57,111 nt of DNA from Candidatus Arcticimaribacter sp. (GTDB lineage: Bacteria; Bacteroidota; Bacteroidia; Flavobacteriales; Flavobacteriaceae), in NCBI GenBank assembly GCA_042096495.1, contig JBELLO010000001.1:1-57111 (forward strand). The letters are read 5' to 3'. The translations under genes and the position numbers were made by a program. Shown here one piece after another: positions 1 through 9,288 of this stretch (its first letter is position 1; every line of letters starts with the position of its first letter). The notes beneath the pieces are model-generated. The model searched no databases. It saw only the letters and a list, made by a program, of their open reading frames with translations, and was not told the DNA's origin.

Positions 1-98
1 TCGCTGGAGTTTTACCGGGGATCCAAGTTGTTCCTTCGGGGGTATGGGCATTAGGCCGAGCACAAGAAAATGGCTGCGGCTATATCTTTGCGGGATAA
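1..98 (+). CDS. 3' end of a gene truncated by the window edge; probable DsrE-like/Tat-signal family protein
   Basis: Frame 3 reads AGVLPGIQVVPSGVWALGRAQENGCGYIFAG then TAA at 96-98. This resembles C-termini of Bacteroidota DsrE-like proteins. Confidence 0.55.
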   Translation, partial: AGVLPGIQVVPSGVWALGRAQENGCGYIFAG

Positions 99-197
99 GT
101 TTAATGACAAAACACCTCTTCAATAAGTAAGGAGGAACCAAATACCCAATAAATAAAATTTTAAAAAATTTAGAATAACCATAAAACCAATTTAAAA

Positions 198-923
198 ATG
201 AAAAAATTAATTCTATTACTCTTATGCTCAACTACTTTACTCGCTCAAAACAGTGAGGTAGTTTATGAAAACATTTTTTTAACTCCTGAAAAATCAAGTG
301 AAAATTTACTGGTGGAAGGAATTAAAAAACACAATCAAAAATACCACAGTAAAGGAAAAGCAACCGCTTCACTTTATAGTGTGTTAATTGGGCAACACTC
401 TGGACAATATGTTTGGCTTAATGGCCCCATGAAACTCGCCGACTATGATAATATGCCTGATAGTGCTCATATGGAAGACTGGCAAAAAAACATTCGTATG
501 CACGTAAAAGACGAAAAGGTTAAAATGGCCAAACTCAATTGGGAAGCAAGTTATACTCCACCCGCCTGGGGAAGTCCTAACTATATCTTGTGGAGAACCT
601 TTAAGGTAAAGCACAATATGGACAGCTATAACATGATTTTAGAGGCAGTTACTAAAATTGGAAAGGCTTTGAAGGAAATGGATGCCCCTAACCCAAGAAG
701 AGTGTACGAAAGTGTCTTTAGAAGTGAGGACAGAAGCGATATCACTTTAGTCTATCCTTTTAAAAGCTTTTCGCGTTTTAGCAAATCAAATGGTTTACCA
801 GAAGGCTTTCAAGCTAAATATGATAAGATAAATGGTCCAGGGGCTTTTAAGAAAGATGTAGGAGATATTATCTCTAAACATTCTAACGGTTGGCATGACG
901 AAGTCTTAATGCTCATAAAATAA
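198..923 (+). CDS. Secreted hypothetical protein
   Basis: 241-aa ORF with Sec signal MKKLILLLLCSTTLLAQ, A-rich leader and a downstream terminator. Confidence 0.8.
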   Translation: MKKLILLLLCSTTLLAQNSEVVYENIFLTPEKSSENLLVEGIKKHNQKYHSKGKATASLYSVLIGQHSGQYVWLNGPMKLADYDNMPDSAHMEDWQKNIRMHVKDEKVKMAKLNWEASYTPPAWGSPNYILWRTFKVKHNMDSYNMILEAVTKIGKALKEMDAPNPRRVYESVFRSEDRSDITLVYPFKSFSRFSKSNGLPEGFQAKYDKINGPGAFKKDVGDIISKHSNGWHDEVLMLIK

Positions 924-930
924 TCCAAAT

Positions 931-959
931 AAAAACCCTCCTAAACAGAGGGTTTTTTT
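931..959. terminator. Bidirectional rho-independent terminator
   Basis: AAAAACCCTC-ctaaaca-GAGGGTTTTTTT between convergent genes. Confidence 0.85.
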
Positions 960-995
960 AATTTATATCACAATATTCATGCGGCTTAGAGCCCG

Positions 996-2237
996 CTAGA
1001 AAATGTCGATCAAGCCATTCCACATAATAATGATCGAGAACACAAAAGCAGCGATCATAATAACATTGGTCACCGTTCTTTTTGCAGGTAGACCAGCAGC
1101 TTTTCTATTCCAAAGCAACAGAAAACTCAATACCACCAACGGCAGTGCAAAGACATTAAAAACTTGCGTAATAATTTGCCCTTTTATGGGGTTAAACCCA
1201 AAAATAGGAATACTTAGGGCCAGTACACTGGCAATCCCAGTAATCAATTTAAAACGATTGGTCTCTACATCTAGCTTTCCAGAATTATAGTCCCCTAACA
1301 TCAAGGGAACAATCATCAAACAGGGGAATATAGAGGATAAGCCTGCACTAAGGGTTCCCGCAAAGAAAACACTCACCGCAAATTTTCCCACAGATGGTTC
1401 AAGGGCTTTTGACATTTGCAATACATGAGTGATCTCCATTTCTTTTCCAAAGAGGCTTCCGCTGGCTACCGCCATAATGGCTCCACTAATGGTAAAAATC
1501 AACAGCGCTGCAATTAACGCATCGTTTTTATGAACGTTAAAATCTTGCTTTGTCCAGCCCTTCCCTTGAATAAAAAGCGGGCGTGATAAGAAAGTTGCTG
1601 CAGCCATGGTCGTCCCCACAAAAGCCGCGATCAAAATCCCCGATCCTTCTACTTCGGGAATTGTAGGGATCAAGCCTTTGATGACCTGTGCCGGCATAGG
1701 GTAAACAAAAAAGAGGGTGAAAATAAAGGACAAGCCCATCATAGAAACAAACAAAGCCAATACTTTTTCAAAAAGAGAATAATTCCCTTTGACCAACAAA
1801 GCATAAAAAATCCCAATAATTAATATGGCTAACGCCAAAACAACTTCGTATTTATGCCTTAGAAGACTAGGAAAGTTAAGTGCTAATATTTCAAAAACTA
1901 CATTTGAAGTGATCCCTAAAATCCCTATCAAAGAATTCCATTGACCGATTCCCACAGTGGCAATAATCGCTATGGCAATAAGTTTCCCTACTGGTAAATG
2001 CTTTTTAATGGCATAAAGCGCTGTTTCTCCTGTATAGAGATAATAACTCCCAGAAACATAAATTAAAACACCAGAAAAGAGACAGCTAAAAAAGAGCACC
2101 CATAACAACTGCATCCCAAAACTGTTTCCAGCAACGATCATAGAAGTAACACTTCCAGTCCCTATGGTATAGCCTATGGCAAATATCCCTGGTCCAAATG
2201 ACAATAAAAATCGAATTATTTTTTTTAGTACACCCAT
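996..2237 (-). CDS. Nramp-family (MntH/YcsG-like) membrane transporter
   Basis: 413 aa, about 11 hydrophobic segments, GPG..IGTGSVT and AAFVGTT motifs. The canonical DPGN motif is absent. Confidence 0.75.
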   Translation of the reverse strand: MGVLKKIIRFLLSFGPGIFAIGYTIGTGSVTSMIVAGNSFGMQLLWVLFFSCLFSGVLIYVSGSYYLYTGETALYAIKKHLPVGKLIAIAIIATVGIGQWNSLIGILGITSNVVFEILALNFPSLLRHKYEVVLALAILIIGIFYALLVKGNYSLFEKVLALFVSMMGLSFIFTLFFVYPMPAQVIKGLIPTIPEVEGSGILIAAFVGTTMAAATFLSRPLFIQGKGWTKQDFNVHKNDALIAALLIFTISGAIMAVASGSLFGKEMEITHVLQMSKALEPSVGKFAVSVFFAGTLSAGLSSIFPCLMIVPLMLGDYNSGKLDVETNRFKLITGIASVLALSIPIFGFNPIKGQIITQVFNVFALPLVVLSFLLLWNRKAAGLPAKRTVTNVIMIAAFVFSIIIMWNGLIDIF

Positions 2238-2247
2238 CGTTAACTGC

Positions 2248-4563
2248 TTAATAAAGAATCTCTAGTTTTTGTTGTTCCTGCACCTCAATTTTACCTGATT
2301 GGGTTACAGTATTATTGTGGTGATGGTTGTTTTTTGCCCCCCATAATACAGCGACACGCTTCACCTTATTGTTGATAAAAGTGTTGCCTTCTAACAAGAC
2401 ATTGATAATCCCTCTTGTTTTGATTAAGATCCCACTTTTCTCTTTTTGACCACTTTGCTTAAAGGTATTATTCTCTAAGGTCAAAACACCTCCTATGGTT
2501 GACTCGTCATATCCCCCACGGTAAAAATGAATCACATTTTGATCGATGTTTTCAAATGTGGAGTCTTTGATGGTAAACATCTCGGCATTGTAATCCCCCT
2601 TTTGATCTGCGGCTAGCACAAAACCATTTTTGGCATCCATAAAAGTAGTATTGTCAATCCCTATAGAATCTGCAAATGAACCTCTACTGGCTAATAGTAA
2701 ATGATCAAAATGCTGCACCTTACTGTTCTTTACAAAAAGCTTGTAAGACGAAGACATGTTCTCTTTTAGCGGAGCAAAAGCCATTTGATTTCCCTCTCCT
2801 TTTAAAGTAATTCCGTCTAATTCTAAACGACTTAATGGGTGCATATCAAATGCAGCGGTCCCTGCACTTCCACTGTAATTTAAGCTAACTTTGGCGCCAG
2901 CGGCAGCCTTTAACAAAATAGCTTTATCAATGGCTAAAGAGTTAGCAAAAGAATATTCTCCTTCATTGAGTAAAATAATATCTCCTGTTACTGCCTCTTT
3001 TAACGCGCCTTCCAGTGCTCCTGCTGTTGCACTTATTTTATGAATGCTTGGCGCTGGCTTTTCTGCTTCTGGATCAAACCAAGATGGTCCGTATTGAGAT
3101 TTGTCTAATTTAAATGATTTTGCATTTGCAGCATTAGCAACTGCACCAACCTTATTCTTTTCACTTCGATTATTCCCAAAAACGTCTTGGGTAATTCGAT
3201 CAAAATCAAAGCCGTGATAGGTTTCGTAAAGAAGTTCATTGGTCCCTTCGGTAGGAACAAATAACCAATCATTGATTTGCTCCATCACGATACTCACATG
3301 CTTGAAGATTTTAAACTCATCTGCTGGATCACCAGCATTAAAAAGGACATTGTTTTCAAATTGAATCCCGCTCATATCATCGTGATTCACTACTGGGGCG
3401 GGATCAACTGTTGTATTGTAAATAATGTTGTTCGCTAAAATTGTTCTAATGGGCGGTGCCGAACGGATTTCACTTTTTGGCAATACATCTTTACTCGCCT
3501 TGTTTTGCCCTACACCTATTTGAAAAGGAGAGGCACAATCAACCCAGGTGTTGTAGGCTACCACTGCATCAGTAACCTGCTTGTAACGGTTGAGGGAAGA
3601 TTTTGGGATACCATTCATCACTGCAAGAGGGCTTCTAAATTCCTCTCCTCTAATCTTATAGAAGTAGTTATTGGTAATCCAGTGACCGCTGTTGACTACG
3701 CGAATTCCGCCATAAAAGTCAGAGTCATCATCTCCTATAAACATGTTTCCATCGACGGTAGTGTAATCACTGTGTCGCATCACTAAAGAGCCCTCGCATT
3801 TATAAAATACATTATTGAGAAAGCTATTAAAGTTGGTCTTATCAGAAATGATTTCCACCTCTCCATTACAGCGATCAAAAAAGTTATTAGAGATGGTTGC
3901 TCTTCCTGGCGTCATCGAAGTTTCACTTCCTCCTAGACGAAAGGTTTCCCCTCTAGGCCCACCTTTTCTAGGGCGAGGCCCAAAGTGGTTGTATTCAATT
4001 TTATGAAAATTATTGGTGTGTTGATTTCCTTTGTGATAGACCATAAAGGTGGCTCCGTCATTCCCTTTTCCAGCGACATAATTATGATCAAACTGATTGT
4101 GCTGTCCATAGAGTTCTACCCAGCGATCGTTCTCCCAGCGATTAGGTCGGGTAAAACCATCAATCACTGTATTGGTGACACGAGAATGAAAAGCGGTACT
4201 GTCTTTCCCAATCTGATAACGAATCACCCCAGAGGCTGGTGCATATCCATTGCGGAAATACAAACCGTCCACTACCAGATGCTCCCCTCCTAAATGAAGG
4301 TAGGACTGCCCTTCTATAAAAACGCTTCCCGCGCTTTCTGCTTTTAAGGTAATAGGCGCTTTTTCTGTCCCATGACCATAGAATTTAATTTGAACATCTG
4401 TCCATGTTCCATTGGCTAAAACTATTTCTGTCCCAGGTGCGGCATTGTTTATAGCGGCATTGAGTTCTTCCGTTGTACTGACTAATATCTGGCTAGCATT
4501 ATCTGTATTATTACAAGAGAGTAGTAACATAAGAAGCAAAAAGGATAAAAAGTGTCGTTTCAT
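2248..4563 (-). CDS. PL6 alginate lyase (chondroitinase-B-like beta-helix plus second beta-helix domain), lipoprotein
   Basis: Lipobox LLLSC; PL6 motifs GETFRLG, CNGEVEIISDK and GSLVMRH; alginate gene context. Confidence 0.9.
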   Translation of the reverse strand: MKRHFLSFLLLMLLLSCNNTDNASQILVSTTEELNAAINNAAPGTEIVLANGTWTDVQIKFYGHGTEKAPITLKAESAGSVFIEGQSYLHLGGEHLVVDGLYFRNGYAPASGVIRYQIGKDSTAFHSRVTNTVIDGFTRPNRWENDRWVELYGQHNQFDHNYVAGKGNDGATFMVYHKGNQHTNNFHKIEYNHFGPRPRKGGPRGETFRLGGSETSMTPGRATISNNFFDRCNGEVEIISDKTNFNSFLNNVFYKCEGSLVMRHSDYTTVDGNMFIGDDDSDFYGGIRVVNSGHWITNNYFYKIRGEEFRSPLAVMNGIPKSSLNRYKQVTDAVVAYNTWVDCASPFQIGVGQNKASKDVLPKSEIRSAPPIRTILANNIIYNTTVDPAPVVNHDDMSGIQFENNVLFNAGDPADEFKIFKHVSIVMEQINDWLFVPTEGTNELLYETYHGFDFDRITQDVFGNNRSEKNKVGAVANAANAKSFKLDKSQYGPSWFDPEAEKPAPSIHKISATAGALEGALKEAVTGDIILLNEGEYSFANSLAIDKAILLKAAAGAKVSLNYSGSAGTAAFDMHPLSRLELDGITLKGEGNQMAFAPLKENMSSSYKLFVKNSKVQHFDHLLLASRGSFADSIGIDNTTFMDAKNGFVLAADQKGDYNAEMFTIKDSTFENIDQNVIHFYRGGYDESTIGGVLTLENNTFKQSGQKEKSGILIKTRGIINVLLEGNTFINNKVKRVAVLWGAKNNHHHNNTVTQSGKIEVQEQQKLEILY

Positions 4564-4601
4564 TTTTCGGTTTTATTGTTGGAATTTATTGTTTGTATTG
4601 A

Positions 4602-5366
4602 TTATCTCGCCATCCAGCCCCCATCGACTGTAATAACACTACCGTGTATATAGTTAGCCGCTTCAGAGCATAAGAAAACAAGCGGGCCGGCAATATCTTC
4701 TGGTCGTCCCCATCTACCGGCAGGGATACGGTTTAGAATCGATTCAGATCTTGTGGGATCTTCTTGTAGGGCTTTGGTATTATCTGTCTTGATGTAACCT
4801 GGGGCAATTGCATTTACATTTATTCCCTTACTGGCCCATTCATTTGCAAAGGCTTTCGTCATTTGCGCAATAGCTCCTTTGCTTGCCGCATAACCGGGTA
4901 CGGTTATCCCGCCTTGAAAACTCAAGATAGAAGCCGTGAAAATAATCTTTCCACTTCCCTGCTTGATCATTTCTTTACCAAATTCTCTACTAAGAATAAA
5001 TTGTGCAGTTTGATTAACTTCGATCACTTCGTCCCAAAAGGAATCGCTGTGTTCTGCTGCAGGAGCACGAAGAATAGTCCCGGCATTATTCACTAAAATA
5101 TGTAGGGTGGGGTGTTGTTCTTTGATTTGTGTAATTAAGGAATACAGTGCTTTTCTATTGCTAAAGTCACATTGATAAGCGGTGAATTTTCTTCCTAATT
5201 CAAGGACCTCCTTCTCTACTTCACTTCCCGCAGCCTCTAAACTTTGACTTACCCCAATAATGTCAGCACCGGCATTTGCCAGGGCGATTGCCATAGCTTT
5301 ACCTATGCCTCTTTTACAGCCTGTAACGAGTGCGACTTTATGGGTTAAATCGAATTGATTTTGCAT
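4602..5366 (-). CDS. kduD: 2-dehydro-3-deoxy-D-gluconate 5-dehydrogenase (KduD-type SDR)
   Basis: TGCKRGIG, NNAG, SFQGGITVPGYAASKG, RIPAGRWG and VDGGWMAR are typical of KduD. Confidence 0.9.
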   Translation of the reverse strand: MQNQFDLTHKVALVTGCKRGIGKAMAIALANAGADIIGVSQSLEAAGSEVEKEVLELGRKFTAYQCDFSNRKALYSLITQIKEQHPTLHILVNNAGTILRAPAAEHSDSFWDEVIEVNQTAQFILSREFGKEMIKQGSGKIIFTASILSFQGGITVPGYAASKGAIAQMTKAFANEWASKGINVNAIAPGYIKTDNTKALQEDPTRSESILNRIPAGRWGRPEDIAGPLVFLCSEAANYIHGSVITVDGGWMAR

Positions 5367-5418
5367 GAATAGCTTAAAGCAATTTGGTCTTTACTTCTTT
5401 CTAAAAGTAGCAAAATAT

Positions 5419-5434
5419 AATTGGTTGACCAATT
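5419..5434. promoter_or_regulatory. Putative GntR/FadR operator upstream of kduD-PL6-Nramp
   Basis: Palindrome AATTGGTTGACCAATT; the same TGG-N4-CCA core recurs upstream of susC and the PL7 gene. Confidence 0.7.
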
Positions 5435-5496
5435 TTTATAAATCTGATCATCTATAGCCCTTAATCATTTTAGTGTGTTTTTAATACCTTAAGGGG

Positions 5497-6168
5497 ATGA
5501 AAGCTGTTTTTTTATTTTATTTCTTGGGTTTGTTCTCTCTACAATTTGTCCCTGCTCAAATCCCAGAAAGCTTTGGATATATCTCAAAAGAGATCCCAGA
5601 GATCCATCTAGACATCCGTTATGCCACCAAGAATAATTTTATGGGAAGGGTAGTTAAAGGTTATGCTTCGCCAAAAGTGGTACTGACCAAAAAAGCATTG
5701 ATTGCCCTTAAAAATGCAGAAGCTGATTTTAAACATATCGGCCTGGGAATAAAAGTATTTGATGCTTATAGACCGCAACGCGCAGTAGATGATTTTATAG
5801 TGTGGATCAAAGTAGAAAACGACACCCTAATGAAACAGCACTATTATCCCGATCTTGATAAAAAAGATTTAGTCCCGCAAGGATATATCGCCGAAAAGTC
5901 TGGGCATTCGAGAGGAAGCACGATTGACCTTAGCTTGATTTATCTTAAAGGCGACAAGGCTGGAAAGGAGTTAGATATGGGGGGTCGCTGGGATTTTTTT
6001 GGAAAACGATCCAATTATGACTTCCCCGAAATAAATCAAAAACAAAAAGAAAACAGAGCATTGTTACAAAAGATCATGAGCGAGCACGGCTTTATTCCAT
6101 ATGCACAAGAATGGTGGCATTTTTCACTCGCAGAAGAACCATTCCCTACAACCTATTTTGACTTTTAA
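5497..6168 (+). CDS. ddpX: D-alanyl-D-alanine dipeptidase (M15D, VanX/DdpX family), exported
   Basis: DAYRP, SGHSRGSTID and EWWHF zinc-peptidase motifs; signal peptide. Confidence 0.85.
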   Translation: MKAVFLFYFLGLFSLQFVPAQIPESFGYISKEIPEIHLDIRYATKNNFMGRVVKGYASPKVVLTKKALIALKNAEADFKHIGLGIKVFDAYRPQRAVDDFIVWIKVENDTLMKQHYYPDLDKKDLVPQGYIAEKSGHSRGSTIDLSLIYLKGDKAGKELDMGGRWDFFGKRSNYDFPEINQKQKENRALLQKIMSEHGFIPYAQEWWHFSLAEEPFPTTYFDF

Positions 6169-6289
6169 ACCAATTTAGATTTCTGTTAATTAGTCCTTTA
6201 AAAAGCAAGCTACTCAAGCTAAACCTTTAGCATTGAAGCATTGTCTCAATATTTTTTTATAACTTTAGGTAACCATAAACCAATTTGAA

Positions 6290-6694
6290 ATGAATATTAA
6301 AACTTCAATTAAAATTGCAACAGCACTAATGTTATTGCAATTATCGCCCCTAATCATCAGTCTTTTTTCACCAGAATTTATGCAAGTACTTATTGTAGAT
6401 GCATTTGGTGACACTCCTTCAAACGATGCTGTTCTAATGTTTGAAACCTTTGCGCTAGTAGTAAGCCTGCTGGGTATAGGAATCTGTTTTGCAATGTATG
6501 GCAGTCTCTCTTTTAACGAAGAAAATGTTCTTAAACGTCTTTGCTTTTTATTCTTCGTAATTATGGGATTCTTTGGTTTACCTGATCTTATTGGGTTTAT
6601 TAAAGGAGATCCCACAGCCCCTCTTCCAGTTATTGCCATGAATTTGGTTGCCATCGCTGTATTGTTTTATGGCGCTAAAAAAGGCACTGTTTGA
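6290..6694 (+). CDS. Hypothetical 4-TM membrane protein
   Basis: 134-aa hydrophobic ORF with an A-rich leader similar to those of neighbouring genes. Confidence 0.7.
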   Translation: MNIKTSIKIATALMLLQLSPLIISLFSPEFMQVLIVDAFGDTPSNDAVLMFETFALVVSLLGIGICFAMYGSLSFNEENVLKRLCFLFFVIMGFFGLPDLIGFIKGDPTAPLPVIAMNLVAIAVLFYGAKKGTV

Positions 6695-6733
6695 GTACAC
6701 AGAATTTTAATTTTAACCATAAACCATAAACAC

Positions 6734-7219
6734 ATGAAAAATTTATTTTTATCTCTCTTTTTGTTGGTAATAACCAACTCATTCGCGCAAGAAATCACAG
6801 GACATGTAAGAACAGAAGACAAGTACTCTGTTGCGGTAAAAAGTACTATTACAGAATACCTAGAAAACAAATACACGACTTTTGACAAAGTATATGCAGA
6901 TGATGTAGCCTTCAATCTAAATGGAAATCAGGCCAATAAAGCAGCTGTAAAACAAGGTTGGTCTTCGCACCACAGTATCTATAAAAACATCAAAATAGAA
7001 TGGATGTTTGCAGAAACTACCATGTATGATGAAAACAATAACAATATGGTATGGAGTCATCTTTGGGGACAATGGACCGGCACATCGAATCGCACTGGGA
7101 AAGTATGGACCAACCCGTTTCACGCTTCATTTAAATGGGTGGACGGAAAGATTGTTAGTTCGAATTGGATCTATGATCCCACCTCTGAAAATGAAGAAAT
7201 GGCAGCTATGCGTAAATAG
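6734..7219 (+). CDS. Secreted SnoaL/NTF2-like protein
   Basis: Signal peptide ending SFAQ; YADD and W.G...TG...P.H..F.W.DGKI pattern of the NTF2-like fold. Confidence 0.75.
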   Translation: MKNLFLSLFLLVITNSFAQEITGHVRTEDKYSVAVKSTITEYLENKYTTFDKVYADDVAFNLNGNQANKAAVKQGWSSHHSIYKNIKIEWMFAETTMYDENNNNMVWSHLWGQWTGTSNRTGKVWTNPFHASFKWVDGKIVSSNWIYDPTSENEEMAAMRK

Positions 7220-7235
7220 TTGATCCCTTCGATTT

Positions 7236-7261
7236 AATGGCCCTTAGGGGCCATTTTTTTT
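7236..7261 (+). terminator. Rho-independent terminator
   Basis: AATGGCCC-ttag-GGGCCATT followed by a T run. Confidence 0.85.
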
Positions 7262-7339
7262 GGTTTAATCCATCAAATGCCTTTTTCCATCCCATCTAAG
7301 TATATCTGAATTCTTATCTTAGTGATCTTACCAACGAAC

Positions 7340-8617
7340 ATGAAAAAGCTATTCTATATCCTTCTCTTTTCTTTGACTCTCTTAAACTGTGGAAAAGAAG
7401 ATAATAGCGCAAATACTACCCAGTATAATATAGTGGTTAGCGCCGCCGAAGGAGGAACTGTCGACTCAACAGGAGGCACCTATAAAGAAGGTACTACATT
7501 TAATGTCTTTGCGCAGCCTAGCTTAGAATATCGCTTTACTGGTTGGTCAAACGGATCGACGGCAAATCCCTTGCGTATAATAGTAGATCGCAACCTCAAT
7601 ATCCAAGCGAATTTTGCTAAAAAAACATTTCCGCTAACACTAATTACAAACGGAGAAGGTCGCATTGAAACCGAAATTGTTTCAAGCGGTAAAAACACGG
7701 ATTATACTATCGGTACGGTGATACGTTTAAACGCTATCGCGGAAGAAAACTGGCGCTTTATAAATTGGTCAGGATCCATCTCATCAACAATAAATCCTAT
7801 TGAGTTGACGGTGAATAGTGCACAAACTGTTTTTGCGAATTTTGAAGCAATACAATCGGCAGAATCCTCGACAAGCTCTTTACTGCTAGCCGCAGATGGC
7901 CCGGGAGGAACCTATGATTTGATTACGTCAAAACTAGCCCCTGGGTACAATCCCATAGAAACCCCAGATTGTAACCATACCGACTTTGGCGATCATATTG
8001 ATGAAGTGTATGATGAAGTTCTCGCTAAAAATGTTTTTCGTTTTCACATTCATGTTACCCCAGACAATGACCGTTGTATCAAATTTGATCGTCAACGCAA
8101 TGAAATTAAAACCTACAATCAATCTCCAGAAAATCTTCTGGGAAGAGAGAACGAAACCGTTACCTATACTTGGAAATTTAAATTGCCAGAGGGTTTTCAA
8201 TCCTCTCCTAGTTTCACCCATATACACCAGCTAAAATCTGTGGGGGGAGACTATAACAGTATGCCCATGTATACCCTTACCACCCGAAAATCTACTCCAG
8301 ATCGATTAGAATTACGCTATGCAGCAATAGATCAACAAATCACCCTTCAACAAACAGATTTAGCGCCATTAATCAATCGGTGGATTAGCGTTACAGAGAC
8401 AGTTCTATATGGCAATAATGGACGTTATACCATGCTATTAAAAGATAGTGCTACAGAAGAAATCTTGTTTGAATACACAAATGACAATATAATCAACTGG
8501 CGAGAAGGCGGGGAATTTGTAAGGCCAAAATGGGGTATTTACCGCAGTTTGAATTACCCTGAAGATCTTAGAGATGAAGCCCTTTTATTTGCTGATTTCG
8601 ATATTATTGAAGAGTAA
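7340..8617 (+). CDS. Lipoprotein with two InlB B-repeat-like domains and a C-terminal beta-jelly-roll polysaccharide-lyase-like domain
   Basis: ATG at 7340 gives the lipoprotein signal MKKLFYILLFSLTLLNC. Repeats ..F.GWS...NP......ANF; lyase-like motifs RQRNE, HIHQLK and PKWGIYR. Confidence 0.7.
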   Translation: MKKLFYILLFSLTLLNCGKEDNSANTTQYNIVVSAAEGGTVDSTGGTYKEGTTFNVFAQPSLEYRFTGWSNGSTANPLRIIVDRNLNIQANFAKKTFPLTLITNGEGRIETEIVSSGKNTDYTIGTVIRLNAIAEENWRFINWSGSISSTINPIELTVNSAQTVFANFEAIQSAESSTSSLLLAADGPGGTYDLITSKLAPGYNPIETPDCNHTDFGDHIDEVYDEVLAKNVFRFHIHVTPDNDRCIKFDRQRNEIKTYNQSPENLLGRENETVTYTWKFKLPEGFQSSPSFTHIHQLKSVGGDYNSMPMYTLTTRKSTPDRLELRYAAIDQQITLQQTDLAPLINRWISVTETVLYGNNGRYTMLLKDSATEEILFEYTNDNIINWREGGEFVRPKWGIYRSLNYPEDLRDEALLFADFDIIEE

Positions 8618-8629
8618 ACAGTTGTTCTT

Positions 8630-9220
8630 TTATTGACAAAGGGTCTCGTTGATAAACTCTATCTTTCTAAATACCGTGGGATCGGTTACTTTAAAACCAT
8701 TTATAAAGTTGTCAATTGAATTGACCGCTCTTAAAAGTTCCAAATCAGTATCAATCAAAAAGAGGTATTGGATGTCTTGATACCCATCACAGTTTGCGGC
8801 GACCTTGACTTCGAGTTCTTTTATTTCTGGGCGAAATAGTGCTAATTGAATCACCTTAGTTTCTAATCGATCATAATCAAACTTTCCACTTCGATTGATC
8901 CCTACATTACTGTAGACTAATTCTTCCCTGCTTTGATTTAAAGCTCTCCCGTTATACTGTTGTCTCGCTTCAAAAGAGTTGCGCGCAATATAGGCACTTT
9001 TATTGTCTGTAAAGAAACCCTTTGACCCAACCACCTTAAGCCATTTTGGGTTTTTGAGCTTCTCGATTTGCTTTCGCTTTCTGCGTTCTTTCTTTGAAGA
9101 GATTTTAACTTCTTCTAGTTGTATTTCGTTTCCATTTGGCGAAGCCTCTTCTTGCGCCATTAATTGACTGCATTGAAAGAGTAAAAAAAAAGTGAGGAGT
9201 ATGTGGTGGGATGTCTTCAT
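8630..9220 (-). CDS. Secreted hypothetical protein
   Basis: 196-aa ORF with a signal peptide ending LMAQ. Confidence 0.65.
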   Translation of the reverse strand: MKTSHHILLTFFLLFQCSQLMAQEEASPNGNEIQLEEVKISSKKERRKRKQIEKLKNPKWLKVVGSKGFFTDNKSAYIARNSFEARQQYNGRALNQSREELVYSNVGINRSGKFDYDRLETKVIQLALFRPEIKELEVKVAANCDGYQDIQYLFLIDTDLELLRAVNSIDNFINGFKVTDPTVFRKIEFINETLCQ

Positions 9221-9225
9221 AAAAT

Positions 9226-9268
9226 AAAAGTACCAAAATAACCTAACATAGGCTACTTTGATACTTTT
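9226..9268 (-). terminator. Long hairpin, probable terminator after kdgA
   Basis: Minus strand AAAAGTATCAAAGTAGCCTA-tgt-TAGGTTATTTTGGTACTTTT pairs fully with G-U allowed, and only on the minus strand. Confidence 0.65.
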
Positions 9269-9288
9269 ATAAAAGGCTTATCTAAAGT

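Noticed and set aside
5497-6168. Vancomycin resistance (vanX)
   Set aside because: No vanA/vanH/vanRS genes are nearby, and exported DdpX-like peptidases are common housekeeping enzymes.
6265-6654. 129-aa antisense ORF, and the many other short ORFs nested in or opposite long genes
   Set aside because: These are shadow frames of well-supported CDSs with no recognisable motifs.
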